From: Adineta vaga
Taxonomy: Eukaryota > Animalia > Rotifera
Length of the DNA: 64,000 nt
Reading direction: 5' to 3'
Assembly (NCBI GenBank): GCA_021613535.1
Contig: CP075493.1
Span: 15,686,001 to 15,750,000, forward strand
The translations under genes and the position numbers were made by a program. Position 1 is the stretch's first letter; each line of letters starts with the position of its first letter. Shown in pieces: positions 25,371-39,397 of this stretch. The notes beneath the pieces were generated by a model, which had not been told where the DNA came from, did not search any database, and worked only from the letters and a program-made list of their open reading frames with translations.

Positions 25371-27812
25371 ATGACTGTAAATCAAGAAGGAGACATTACC
25401 CATCGGAATATTCGTATTATGGATGTTGAAAGTGAATTGTCATCAATGAAAACACCTATCATTGATTATCAAAACATACCACATGTTAGGTACAAAGATA
25501 CACCAGTGCTATCGCTTGAAGAAGCTGTTGAACCACTTTTTTCTCTCTTGCCGAATGTTCAAAACTATGCAAATGATGCAAAACGAAATTGTCAAAATCC
25601 ACCAGCCGACGGATTAAACTTGGACGAATCTGCTTCAATCAAACTCTATTCTATGAATTGGATACCGTGTAATAAAAGGTACAACCTTGGTTTCGATATT
25701 TGAAACTTTTTCTTTCAGCGTTAGAACGATTACCTTCAATAGCTCGTGTAGTTTATCGTGGAATCAAATTAGACTTGCACGAGGATTATGTCAAAGGAAG
25801 TCATATTGAATGGTAGGCATTTTATTCATGTACGAAAGAACTCGATGTTTTGCAACATGAACATTTCATAGGTAAAACAGGTAAAAGAACAATGTTTGAG
25901 ATAGAATGTGAATCAGGCAAAGATATTGGGAATCATTGTGCTTGCGAGAATACAAGTGAAATACTAATATGTGCAGGCACTCAGTTTAAAGTTATTGACA
26001 ATATTGACCAAGGCAATGGTCTTTACATGATTCAATTACGTGAAATAAAGCCTAGTCAGTCTCTTCTACAATCGCTCCTTGTGATCAACTCAACCAACAC
26101 AGCGAAAGCTAAACTTAAATGTTTTCTTTTCGCAAGATGAAACTCAATTTCCTAATCAGTGTAAAACAATGCATTACCAGTATTTTTGCGTAGGTCATTA
26201 GAAAAATCATGATACTAAAGACATCTCGCTGATATGGCTAGACGATAAAAGTGATTCATTGAACGATGAGTGTCATAAATCAATCACCAGACTATAAGCA
26301 GTCATGGTCAAGATTAATATCTTTAATAATTTAGAAAAGTGCAAACAATTCCTTGCTATCAACGATACAACGTAGGTACTGATAACCATATCCGGTACAA
26401 TTGACATACAAACGGTATCATCTCTGTATGATATGTATACTATCAATGCAATGTTTATTTTTTGTGACAACAAAGAATGTAAACAACCTATTGTGTCTAT
26501 GAGCTTCGTAGAACCTGGCAAGAAAAAGTTGGATCAATTAGATCCATCATTCATGTATTCACAAATTATTAAAGAAATCTTATTCACTATCGATTTTGAT
26601 GATACACACGTTCAAGATTACGTGAATTATTTTCGCGAAGTTTTTGCTGGTAGTCCAACAGAGTTAAAAATTATCGATGAATTCGAACGTCAATATCACG
26701 AAAAAACACCAATATGGTGGTATACTTCTAACTCTTGCGTGTATTCGATGCTCAACCGTGCTCTACGAATAATGGATGTTGACATAATCATACGAATGAG
26801 TTTCTTCATTAAAGATCTTCATCGACAAATTGAAATATTACATAGAGAACAATCGATTCGTGAATTCTTCACAGTTTACCGTGGGCAAAGTTTATTAAAA
26901 GCGGATTTTGAACAAATGAAGCAAATGAAATACGGGCTCCTTTCCTTCAACAATTTTTTATCAACTCATAAAGATCGACAAATATCATTAATGTATGCGG
27001 AGAGTTCAACATGTAATCCAGACTTCGTAGGAATTCTGTTCACTATAACGATCGATCCTACTCAATCAACGGTACCATTTGCTTTCATTCGTGAGATCAG
27101 TAGCTTTCCAGAGGAAGATGAAATACTTTTTTCAATGCACACCGTATTTCGCATTTGTGATATTAAATCAATAGATAAAAACGAGCAACTCTATGAAGTG
27201 ACCTTGGCACTTACGAGTGACAATGACAAAGAGTTGAATGTAGTTGCTGATCGAATTCGAGAAAAGACTTTTCAAAATGAAAATAGATGCTACAAATTGG
27301 CTTCTGTACTAAAACATATGGGTTCAAATGAGATGGCTGAAGAGATATATAAAAAGGAAGTTGATAAACAAATGGAAGAAAGTGATAAGGCACTTATTTA
27401 TAGTCAACTTAGTCTCATCAAATATAATCAAGGAGAATATAAAGATGCAATAGATTATTATGAAAAATCATTGATTATCAAGGAAAGAACTCTTCCTCTA
27501 AACCATCATAACTTAGCCTTATCCTATAACGACATCGGTCAGGTGTATCAGAGTATAGGTGATTATTCAAAAGCACTTTCATTTTACGAAAAAGCTCTTA
27601 CCATTCAACGACATTCACTTCCTTCGAATCATCCTGATTTAGCCTCATCCTACAGTAAAATCGGTTTGTTGTATGAAAATCTGAAGGACTACTCAAAATC
27701 ATATTCAAATCTGGAACGCACTGTAAAAATCACTCAACAATCATTACCTCCTAATCATCCCAATCTACAAAAGTGGGAACATGACCTAGAACGTATGAAA
27801 AAAGAACTGTAA
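25371..27812 (+). pseudogene. Double ADP-ribosyltransferase-domain + TPR protein; N-terminal half disrupted, 26433-27812 still open
   Basis: ART1 (SLEEAV, ESASIKLYS, VYRG, TMFEIEC, SEIL) has a frameshift at about 25678 and TAG at 25814-25816. ART2 has YRGQ, FLST, EDEILF, followed by TPRs. Confidence 0.8.
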
Positions 27813-27835
27813 TTTTTATTTTTTGTTCTACTCAG

Positions 27836-27890
27836 AAGGGTGTGGGTGTAGATGAGAATATAGAATCCGTACCCACATCCACATCCTTAA
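27836..27890. repeat. Telomere-like hairpin element, overlapping the kelch stop codon
   Basis: GAAGGGTGTGGGTGTAGATGAGAATATAGAATCCGTACCCACATCCACATCCTTAA. Confidence 0.78.
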
Positions 27891-29130
27891 TCGTTTTTTA
27901 ATTTGTTTAATGGAATATACACTTCAGCACTATTCATAGCAGTAAATCCTCCAGCAACTAAAACATTTCCATTTTGTAAAACAGTTGATGTGTGTAATTC
28001 TCTTTGATCATTCATATTATCATCGATTGTCCAAATGCCTGTTTGAGGATCATACAATTCGACAGAATTTAACGCACCTGAACAGGCATCTCCACCAGCG
28101 ACTAAAACTTTTCCATTTGATAACACAGATGCTGTATGATATTGTCTACCATCAGTGAGAGTTCCAGTAATTGTCCAAGTTTCTGTTAATGGATCATACA
28201 ATTCAGAACTTGTAGAACATCCTCCACTACTGACTAATACTTTTCCATCATGTAAAATAGATGCTGTATGTGACACTCGTGCAGTATTCATACTACCAGT
28301 CAATGTCCAAATTCCAGTTGATGAATCATACAATTCAGCAGTATTTAAAGTAGGTCCATTATATCCTCCAGCAACGAGAACTTTTCCATTTTTTAAAAGA
28401 GATATTGAATGCATTGATCGTGTATTATTCATATTACCAGTCGATATCCAAGTTTTTGTTGATGGATCATACAATTCAGCACTACTGAAAAAACCTTCTC
28501 CACCAGTAATTAAAACTTTTCCATTTGGTAATACAATTGCTGCAGCAAACATTCGTCCATCTTTCATATTATTAACACTTGTCCAAGTTTCATTTGATGG
28601 ATCATAAATCTCGGCAGTGTTATCCGTTCCACCCATCGCTAATACTTGTCCATTTTTTAGTACCACAGCTGTATGTCGATATCGTGCATTATTCATACTA
28701 CCAGTTACTGTCCAATTTCCTGATAATGGATCGTATAACTCACAATTTGTTATAGCCGTAGCTCGACCATTGTCACCACCAGTCACTAATACTTTTCCAT
28801 TAGTTAACAAATGTGCTGTGTGTTCATATCGCCAATTATTCATACTACCAGTATAGGTCCATCCTAGATAGACAAATCTTTTCATTGGATAATAGTAGTT
28901 TAAATCTTACCTGGTCCTCGATTGGGAATGACTTCTTCTACAGATCGTTTGACTCGGGGCAATGTTGCACTGAATGCAACGTTACTGTCACGTTGTTTCG
29001 AAGGAAAAATGACAGAATTCATCAATGTAAAACAAATGGATGCCATAATTGTTAGAGCGATAAGAGAAATGCTGACAATCAAAGTACAAAGATAGTGCCA
29101 TCGTTTTGTATATATTGTATTTGTATTCAT
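27887..29130 (-). CDS. Kelch beta-propeller with N-terminal signal anchor and RVKR furin-like site; intron 28864-28910
   Basis: About 7 kelch repeats. The intron falls at P-G|W, the same position as in the 17-18 kb paralogue. Confidence 0.87.
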
Positions 29131-29566
29131 ATTGAGAAATGAATAAATTCTCTTTTAAATCTAGTTATATTTGTATATTATTCACATATCAGTTAACAAA
29201 AGAAAAATTCTATTATCTTCAACATACAAAAATGTTGTTTCACCTTTATTCACATACAGTCTATTATTTTGACGTACTTTTTCAAACCAGACTTTGCATG
29301 AAACAGTACTTTTCTTCGTTTTTATATTTCATTAAAAAACCTACAGCGTTAAGAAAACTGTCAATGGAAAGAATACTTTTATCTTATCTTTCAACATTAT
29401 TCAAATAAAAATCTATTTACATCTTTTAAATATTCTTTGCATTTTTTGTTAGAAAAAAGTGTTTTTTTTTCTGCTTATTTAAAGTCGATCAATTTGACAA
29501 TATAACCTAGTTCTTTTTTTTATAGCGAATTTACAGATACATATACATATATTTCATTTATTTATC

Positions 29567-32500
29567 ATGTTATATAAAATACTTTGCTTATTATTTATAC
29601 TCTGTTTGGTAAAAAGTTCAATTGTTCCATTCTATGTGATGCGACAAGATGCTACTCAATTCCAAAATGGAGATGTTTTAATAACAGGAGGTGCAAGTTA
29701 CGAAGAATCAGATTACGACGTATGTAAGTGATGATAAATCACGCTTTTTCCTATGACTTGTATGAAATATCTCTTAGATCCTTATTTTTTTGCTGCAATT
29801 TATTTGTCTTCTTCTGACACTTGGAAAGTGGTACCATCTTTGGATCCACCTCGTTCTGAACATCGAGGTGTTTTATTACCATCAGGTATGATATTATTGA
29901 CTGGAGGTATTCGAAATAATCTTCGAGGTATGAATAAAAGTGATTTGTATGATTCATCATCAAATACATGGATTTCTACTCCTGATATGCCACATCCCCA
30001 TTGTTGGCATACAGCCACTGTTCTCAAATCTGGAAAAGTTCTAGTTGTTGGAGGTGGTCAACCCGAATTATCTTCATGCTATTGCGATATCTATGATCCT
30101 TTTCTTAATACATGGACTAGCGGTGCCATAATGAATTTTAATCGTGGTCAACATACAGCAACTTTATTACCATCTGGTCATGTTCTTGTTATAGGTGGTG
30201 CTTTTGATAACTTGGTTACCAGTGAAATGTACAATCCTATTAATAATACATGGACTCAGATTGCTGATATGCATACTCCACGTGCTTGTCATACAGCTAC
30301 TATGTTACCTTCTGGTAAAATTTTAGTCGTCGGTGGTTATGATGGAGATCAACCTCAATCTAGCTGTGAAATCTATGATTCATCATCAAATAGTTGGACG
30401 TTAGTTGCCCCGATGTGGACTCCACGTACTGAACATACTGCTACTCTCTTACCATCTGGTTATGTTTTAGTTACAGGTGGCCTTGATTCACTTGATTCTA
30501 GTGCTATGTTAAGTTGTGAAATCTATGATCCTATATCTAATAAATGGTCTAATTGCACTGATATATCAGTTGCACGTACAAGTCATACAGCTACTTTATT
30601 ACCATCTCAAAAAGTATTGATTACAGGTGGAGAAAATAATCCATTTGCTGTCTTATATAATTCATCATCAAACGAATGGAATTCAGCTAGTGAATATCCT
30701 GATGTATACTTTCAACATTCAGCAACTCTATTACCATCAGGATCAGTATTATTATTAGGTGGTTCGAATTCTTGGGATGTAACATCCACTTCTATGTTAT
30801 ACGATACTCATTCCGATACATGGAATATTAATCTAACTACTATACCACCACTTACTTTACATACAGCTACTTTATTATTCAATGAACAAATCTTAATTAC
30901 AGGTGGTCAAGAAAATGGTCGAATTGTCGCTCTTTGCCGTATATATGATCTTATTTCTAATAATATTACGAATGTTACAAAAATGGCATCAGCTCGTTAT
31001 CAACATTCGGCTGTTTTATTACTATCAAAAAATATTCTAGTTATTGGAGGTTCGAATGGTAAAAAAGTTTTATCAACTTGCGAAATGTACAATTCAACAT
31101 CTAATAAATGGACTCACGTTGCTCAAATGTCCATTGAACGTCGTTTACATACAACTACTCTTCTAGCATCTGGAAAAGTTTTGGTTATTGGTGGTTTTGA
31201 TGGTAAGAATTCTTTATCCAGTTGTGAAATATATGATCTTACAACTAATCGATGGACTACACTTCGAAATATGTCTGAACCACGTTCACAACATACTGCT
31301 ACTTTATTATTATCAGGAGAAATATTAGTCACAGGTGGACTGAATAACAGATTTTCTATGGAAATTTGTGAAATATATAATTCTTCAAGTAATACATGGA
31401 AAACAGTGAATAGTATGTCATATGCACGTTTTTCTCATACTGCTACTTTACTACCATCTGGGAAAGTATTAGTCGCTGGTGGGAATGGTCCAGATGAACT
31501 TCTTGAAACTGAAACTTATGATCCTATATCGAATAAATGGTTATCAAGTGGAAATATATCATCGGTACGTTTTCAACATACAAGTACATTGTTACCATCT
31601 GGCAAAATTCTTCTAGTTGGTGGTGTGGGTGAATGGTTCGGTGATATTTTTGATTCTTCATCGAATATTTGGAATCCAGTCGATAAGTTCTATTCATATC
31701 GTACTCAGCATACAGCCACATCATTACCATCTGGTGATGTGTTGATTACAGGTGGATCAGGTGCATGGGATCAAATATCAGTTAGTGTAATATATATGTT
31801 TTCATCGAATCGATGGATTAAAACTAATAGTATGCGACATGCTCGTTCTCAACATTCTGCGACTTTATTATCATCGGGTGAAGTTTTAGTAGCAGGTGGT
31901 TATGACAATCCATGGAGTATAAATGATTGTGAAATTTATAATCCAAAAACTAGTCAATGGACTCAAATAAACAGTATGATCGATGAGCGTTCAGGACATG
32001 TAGCCACTTTACTACATTCTGGTTTAGTTTTGATCACAGGTGGTCATAATTATTTTGATGATTATATATTGTCATGTGAAATATATAATCATACAACAAG
32101 AGAATGGAAATCAATCGCTAGCATGTCACATAAACGTGCTCAACATATTGCAATTCTTTTCACTTCTGAGATTGTTCTCGTAGCTGGTGGTTATGATAAT
32201 GATGGTACATCTTGTCCAAATTCTGAAGTATACAATATCACTTCAAATATATGGACTAATATTGTTCATATGTTATCACCTCGTGCTGAACATACTGCAA
32301 CTCGATTACCGTCCGGACATATTCTAATTACTGGAGGTTTTAACAGATATAAAGCAATGTTTAGTTGCGAAATTTACAATACTTCTTCGAATTTATGGCA
32401 ACCAGTTGCGAATATGACATTTGCTCGATATGGTCATACTGCCACTTTATTGTTAACAGGAAAAATACTTATCACAGGAGGTCACAATATCGATCAGATC

Positions 32501-32698
32501 TTGACTGCTTGTGAAATCTATGATCCTACATCGAATAAATGGTCAACAGTCGCCAATATGTCCATACCACGTTATAAACATACTGCTACTTTATTAAGTT
32601 CTGGGAAAGTACTCGTTAGTGGAAGTGAAAGTACACCATTAGGTGAAATATATGATCCGGTATCGGATACATGGAAACCTGTTGATAATAACTTTTAA
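29567..32698 (+). CDS. Secreted protein of about 21 kelch repeats; intron 29724-29777
   Basis: Signal MLYKILCLLFILCLVKSS, in-frame splice, tandem HTATLLPSGKVLVxGG...CEIYD...W repeats. Confidence 0.88.
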
Positions 32699-33072
32699 TT
32701 ATTAACGAATAAAAGTTTTTCAATTTCATTTGCCCTCAAACCGTGTTATTAACTCTAATAGGAAAACGATCTAATTATTGAGTAAAAAGAACTATGATAC
32801 ATTAATATTCGATCAAACGTGCTGCTTTATCATGAACATTGTATTGATTGTAGATAATGGTTTAACATTAGAAAAAGGTTTTTTATATTTCCAGAAGTTC
32901 AAAATCAGTTAAAGTTTTTCTTCTTTTTAAACAATAAATAATCGTTTGAAATGAACGAGTTTAGTTCAAAAAATTTGAACCTCCTATCAAATCGGTCCGA
33001 TATGCGATTTACGTTATATCTTGTTGGTGTTATTCTTCTACTCTTGCAAGAAATTTATTTTTCCGCATAGTT

Positions 33073-35348
33073 TCATATATCTATAAGGCTGGGATTTGAG
33101 TCCGTCTCGTCTGATGTTTCATCTTCATCTGAACCATTTGCTAATAGTTTATGTTCGGATGCTAGAGTATATTGTTTGTTTTTCTTATATAGTTTGGCTA
33201 GCTCAAGATGACTATTTCGTATTCGTTGCTTCTTGTGACGTGATGTTGACTCACCGTCTTCTTCTTTTGGTTCATTATATTTTAATCGAATATCATGTTT
33301 TAACTTTTGATAAGTAATTGCTAAATTGAAGTCCTTTTTTTGTTCCTTATAAATTTTAACAATCTCGCTAAGACAAAGATTAATGGAAGTCTGATCACGT
33401 ACATCATGTTGTTGATAAATATCGAGTGCCATTTTATAACTATTTAACATTTCGTCATAATCTTTCATTTGTTTGCAGATCAATGCCAAAAGTAGAACAC
33501 TTTCAGCAACTTTCAATTTATCATATAATTCATTTTGCCTTATTTTTTTAATAAATTGTCGTCTATATTTATATGCCATTGAACCATATTCTTTCAACAT
33601 TTGACTATCTTGTGAATGTAATTCCATTTGACTAACATAAATATAAGCCAAATGATTTATAGTTTCAGTTTGTTCATGTTCTGATCGAGAATTATTATAC
33701 GCCGTCTGATAATACGTCTGCGCATGATCGAAATTTTCTTTAATAATGTTATATGCACTTCCTAAATATTCATGACAGATACCGATCTGGTAATAAACAT
33801 GGCCGATATCAATAGAACAATTTAAATCCCTATCGTCGATGAAACGTAGCCAAATTTCTAATGCATGATGATATTTCATCAACGCTGAGTGATACTCCTT
33901 TCCTTTGTACTGCAGATGTTGACCTAGACGAAAACTCTTTACTGCTTTGATCCATTTTTCCGACGGATACAAATTCATCAATTCATCATAAATCATACAC
34001 AAATCTGTCGGCGATATATAATACATTTGAAATGCCAACGTGCTGATACAATTTTTTAGATTTCTTCTGTCACAATAATCTGTCGATATTCGCAGGTCCA
34101 TTGGTTCTAAATCATTTAGTGAGACTAACTTAACTAAATGATAGTTTCCTTCTTCAGTAAACTTCACATCTTCTACTCTAAATCGATTTCCCACCATAAA
34201 CAAAACTTCACGTTCGGATTGAAACTGACTCAGGTTCTGAATGTCAGCATAAGGAGCAGTTCTTTTCCTTACATCTACTTCAATTTCAAATATCACGTTC
34301 TGTAGAAATGAATCTCGAGTTAATCCTGAATTTTGGAACATCAACGACACATTCTTGGCGGACGACGAAGAAAACATCTGCGTATTCTGAATATATAGAT
34401 CTCCAATTAATCCATCAATATCAGTTTTAGGCATCATTTGACCACGATACAATGGCCGCAAATGTGGTTGATTTGAAAAGTTCTTGATGAATTCCTTTTG
34501 TGCTTCTCTAAGTTCTTGATAAAGATCTTTAATAAAAAAGCCAAATTTAAATAGGAGATAAATATTACGTTGACGAAGTAGTTGATTTAGCAGTTCATAG
34601 ATAAAAGTTTCTTTTGTATAATAATATATAGCCCCTTTTATCTTATATTCACATTCAAATGTATCCACTTCTTTCGAAGTCGTATATTGTCTTAATAAAG
34701 GTATGAGCTTCTGAAGTTGATCTTCTGGATATGATATTTTGCATAGGATGTCAATGAATTCTTGAAACCATGGTTTGATCAAAGACTCAGTACTTTGACC
34801 GATTTTTTCCATATCAAAGTTATAGTGTTTGTCACTGAATAAATAGTAGATCACATCAATCTGGAGACTATTTAGTAAATCGTCAAAAGTTGTGTAAATA
34901 TCTTGTCTCACCTATACAACAGAAATACAATTCGTAACACTATTACAAACTAATAAAATCTCATTCGAATAATTAAAATACAACTTACTTTTCCATGTTC
35001 TCTGATCCGCTCCCGATATTGATCGCAAGAATCAGACTCGTAATTTTGATGCATAACATAAATTACTCGAATATTTTCTTGAATAGGAATTTTTGGAATG
35101 AAATCTTCGACTCGCTGCTCACAAACTATAATGAATGTATCCATAGATTTTGTTTGTTCAAGATGTTCTATACACTTGGTCGCAGTATTAAAGAATTCTA
35201 TTGAATCAGTTATTGTTCGTAAACGACCAGTATTAACTGTCATTTTTGCATCTTTTTCATTGACGTCGAAACAAACTATTTGAAACTTTACCACCGATGT
35301 TTTTGTAATCAATCGATTCAGAGATGCTCGAGCGTCTTTCTGAGTCAT
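33073..35348 (-). CDS. ADP-ribosyltransferase-domain + TPR-like protein; intron 34912-34988
   Basis: LYRGQ, FSSSS and QSEREVLF (R-S-E motif) followed by helical repeats. Confidence 0.82.
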
Positions 35349-36294
35349 CTATAATGCAGATACGGAAGTCCATTTTGAAATGAAAGCAGAGTCTATGATA
35401 TTTGACTTTATTGCACCATATAATTGCCACAAAATGTTGTGAATTCTTTCCTTCTCTCGTTATTTTATATATACATTTTTTTTGTTCTATGTTACTATGG
35501 AAGAGTGTCGCGTCTTCAAGGACGAGCACTACTTCCGTCTGTATAGCACAAAACGCAGTTTAATAATTTGTTTATTTTGCGACAACTAACGCAAATTTTT
35601 TGTGAAGCTTTTTTCTGCAAATAAAAGAAAAAGCAATACTAAAAAAGCGCGTGTACTCATATATAAAAAGTTCTATACAGAGCTTGGAATCATGAAACTC
35701 ATCCAGAGGGCCAAGATGTCGTTGTTCTCTTCATACACTCACACCCACGCCCTCAAGATGGATCTTAATTTTGATTTCTTATATTTATTTGTTGAAATGT
35801 CAATAACATAGAACGAGTATGAATTGTTTTATAATTGTAATAAAAAGAGTAATAGAATATTTATCTTTCTTTTTTCAACGCCAAATTTAAATATCCGAGA
35901 TTAATATGATTTCAGGGAAAAACACTCAACGAATAAAAGAAACTTGTTAATCGTAAAAATGTTTTCAGTTTTAGTTATCAAATGATGACAAGATACGTAA
36001 AGAATTTATCATCAAACAAGAGAAGTAAAATTTTCCATGTGTATAACGAACCTAAAATTTTTACAATTTATCAGAATCATTTTTATTACATTACATTCTA
36101 ATAAACAGTAAATGTCAGATTATATATTTGATAGACAAAAGCAACCCTTATCTTTTCAATATTAAGTGCGATTGTTCGTCGAAAAGAGAAATAGGTAAAA
36201 ACCTATTTAACAATCAGTCAATTTTCATTTGAAAGGCATGTATAAATAACAATGTAAAATCTAATACGTATATCTGATTTATAAAATCTACAAA

Positions 36295-36920
36295 ATGGCT
36301 TTTTCTTTCAAAGAAATGAAATTAAGTTTGAACGTACAGATCAATCAGTAACAGTACCAAATAACGATGTTGCACGTTTAATGTATTATTTAAATTGTGT
36401 TTGTGTTGCAATTGATTGTGCGAATGATTCGGATATTCAACGTTTTACAAATTATAACAATTGGCATCACCTATCAATTGAAGAACAAAAAGCACTTCTT
36501 GTTGTTTGTTATGCTTTTAGTCCTGATGTTCTCAATAATCGTGTTTTCTTTCAAAGTGATGCTTTATGTGGTGATTCTAGTAATCAATTTTACAAAATCA
36601 GCCAAGTACGTAATCACGTTGTTGCTGCAGAATCAATAATCATAGCAGGACGAGTACTAACAGTGAATAAAATCATGACTTATAAATTACAATGGATGAG
36701 AACATATTATTTTAATCCAATGGAAGGACTTCTAAGAAGAATCGCTAATCCACCTCAACATCCTGCACTTTCTTATACTTACACAGCACCTGTTGTTCGA
36801 CAATCAACACCGGTTCCAGGCAAATGTATTTTTGGTTATGTGTGTTGTGGTATTATCTATTGTGTTCTCTTTGTAATTCCAGGAATTATTGGTCTTATTA
36901 TTGGTCTCACTAAAAAATAA
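36295..36920 (+). pseudogene. Uncharacterised tail-anchored protein, copy B; 1-bp deletion after codon 2 (could initiate at 36381)
   Basis: ATGGCT-TTTTC versus ATGGCTGTATTC in copy A. Retains the C-terminal TM GIIYCVLFVIPGIIGLIIGL. Confidence 0.7.
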
Positions 36921-37339
36921 TTTGAATATTTATTTTTATTTTTGTTTTATCTTTTAATATACGATGAAAATTTCCAATTAAAGCAAATATATGAGCGACT
37001 TTATGAATATGAATGTTTTATTTTCGTTCGTTCTATTTTAAACTGAAACCTTCGCCTTTACTGTTAGATCCATTTTGAGCATGTTGGTGTGAGATAAGCC
37101 TTTTCCCACCAGCTCTCACATCTCCATGATTAGTTTTTTACTTATGGAACGAGAAAATAATATTGACAGTATGAATACTAAAAAAGGCTTCATTAGAATT
37201 GAAAAAAAAATCATTATTTCGACGGGAATTTGATGATGATGATTAAAATTTTCACTATTTCAACTTGTTTACAACGATCTACATAACAATACGGTTTACA
37301 TCAAGAAAAATAGATTTTTCGTTGCTGTGACGACAATCA

Positions 37340-39397
37340 ATGGCTCAGATACATAACAGAACGTCCTTATGGAATCAAACTGATACTAACAAAATATCCA
37401 ATATAGAAAAAAATGTGAATTCACGTCGACGTCATGCAGTGGAGAATTTTATCGTTGCTTGGTTGAATCTTGATATAGATGAATCGAATGACGCGACACA
37501 AAAATCTATTGGTGATCTTCAACAAATAGTTAATTCGATTAAGATATTTCATGATGCCGATCGATGTATTATGTTTTTATCCGAAGTTAGAGATGAAAAA
37601 GTCTTTATCGTTGTGTCTGGATTGCTCGATTCATTGTTTTATTCTTTGATCGCTAATAAACGTCAGTTGGCTTCGGTTTATCTTATTGGTACCGATCAAA
37701 AGGAAGTCGAAAAAGCTATTTCAAATTGCCAGAAAACTAAAGGAATGTTTGCAAACATGGAAGAGCTATGCAAATATCTGAAGGATGATGTTCGACAACG
37801 TGAGAATGATTTGATTTCCATCAATATTGCTCTTTCGTCTTCGAAGAATGATCGCAATAAACTCGATCCGTCGTTTATGTATTCTCAACTAATCAAAGAA
37901 ATTCTTCTAGAAAGCAATTCAACACAAGGTGAAAAGAAAGATTTCTTTGATTTCTGTCGTTATTATTATCAAGATATCACAAAGAAATTGAGAATCATTA
38001 ATGAAATGGAAGAGAAATATCCGAATCCATCACCCATCTATTGGTATACACGTCCTTGTTTTCTTTTTAAAATGTTGAACAAAGCTTTGCGTACACAAGA
38101 TATTGAAATGATTACGAAAATGGGTTTTATTATTCGAGATCTTCATCGAAACATTGAACAATATCATCGTGAACAAAATTATCAAAAACCATTTTTCGTT
38201 CATCGTGGACAAGGCATGTCAAATGTTGACTTCGATTTGATCAAGAAAAGTAATGGAAATCTACTTGCCTTTAATAACTTCTTGTCGACTAGTATCGATC
38301 GAGAAAAAGCACTCGAATTTGCTCAAGATTCTCGAAACAGTTCTGATCTAACTTCTGTTTTATTTCAAATTTATATTGATCCAAAGATTTCTACTGCGCC
38401 CTTTGTTAAAGTCGACGAAAAGAACGGTTATTTCAACGAGGAAGAAGAAGAAATACTCTTCTCAATGCATACTGTCTTTCGGATTGGAGAAACAAAGGAG
38501 ATTGAACATCGAATTTTTCAAATAGATTTAACTTTAACTAATGAAAATGATCCTAAATTGACAGAATTAATTAATTATATTCGACAAGAAACACAAGGAC
38601 CCTCTGGAATGCATCGTTTAGGTCAATTAATGTGTCATATGGGTGAATTTGAAAAAGCTGAAGAAGTCTATACAACTTTGAGTGAAATTATATCAGAAAA
38701 TGATCGACAAGAACTCTCATTAATTCATCATCAACTTGGATATATTAAAAAACAGAAAAAAGATTTGACAAGTGCACTTTTACATTACGAAAAATCTCTT
38801 GAAATCAAATCAACCTATCTATCTGCAGATGATCCGCAGCTCTCCCCAACACATAGCACCATTGCTTGTGTTCTACAAGATCAAGGCGATTTCGATAGTG
38901 CATTGGAACATTTACAGTATGCTCTAAAAATCGATCTGCGTGCATCCAAACCTGATCATTCAGGTATAGCTACTCGATATAACAATATTGGATCAGTATT
39001 GGAAGATCAAGGTAATTATGAAGAAGCACTGATGAGCTATGAACGAGCACTTAGCACTCAAATCGAACTTGCTCGTCTTCCAGAGCACCATCCATCTGTT
39101 GCTACAACATTGAACAATATTGGTTTAGTGCATCGGAAGATGGGAGATGATTCTCGTGCTTTATCCTTCTATCAGAAGACACTGGATATATTCGAAAGAA
39201 CACTTCCCGCCAATCATCCTTCGTTAGCTATCAGTCATCATAATATGGCTATGCTCTTATTTGATCTTCATCGAACGAAAACGGCTATTGTACATGCCGA
39301 AAAAGCATGGAATATCACACGTCACATATTTGGTCATAATCATCCAGACACAGTGAGACGTCAAGCATGTCTAGAAGAACTTCGTCGTCATGTATAA
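37340..39397 (+). CDS. ADP-ribosyltransferase-domain + TPR protein
   Basis: VHRGQ, FLSTS, EEEILF, then about 6 TPRs (HPSVATTLNNIG...). Confidence 0.9.
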   Translation: MAQIHNRTSLWNQTDTNKISNIEKNVNSRRRHAVENFIVAWLNLDIDESNDATQKSIGDLQQIVNSIKIFHDADRCIMFLSEVRDEKVFIVVSGLLDSLFYSLIANKRQLASVYLIGTDQKEVEKAISNCQKTKGMFANMEELCKYLKDDVRQRENDLISINIALSSSKNDRNKLDPSFMYSQLIKEILLESNSTQGEKKDFFDFCRYYYQDITKKLRIINEMEEKYPNPSPIYWYTRPCFLFKMLNKALRTQDIEMITKMGFIIRDLHRNIEQYHREQNYQKPFFVHRGQGMSNVDFDLIKKSNGNLLAFNNFLSTSIDREKALEFAQDSRNSSDLTSVLFQIYIDPKISTAPFVKVDEKNGYFNEEEEEILFSMHTVFRIGETKEIEHRIFQIDLTLTNENDPKLTELINYIRQETQGPSGMHRLGQLMCHMGEFEKAEEVYTTLSEIISENDRQELSLIHHQLGYIKKQKKDLTSALLHYEKSLEIKSTYLSADDPQLSPTHSTIACVLQDQGDFDSALEHLQYALKIDLRASKPDHSGIATRYNNIGSVLEDQGNYEEALMSYERALSTQIELARLPEHHPSVATTLNNIGLVHRKMGDDSRALSFYQKTLDIFERTLPANHPSLAISHHNMAMLLFDLHRTKTAIVHAEKAWNITRHIFGHNHPDTVRRQACLEELRRHV

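Noticed and set aside
25814-25816. Alternative genetic code (TAG reassigned), suggested by two TGG-to-TAG-like stops
   Set aside because: TAG terminates intact genes here (e.g. SLC10, CD225, GPCR at 61900), and this ART copy has other lesions.
27887-32698. Possible CRISPR-like or tandem DNA array
   Set aside because: The periodicity of about 140 bp is protein-level kelch repetition, with no identical repeats and unique spacers.
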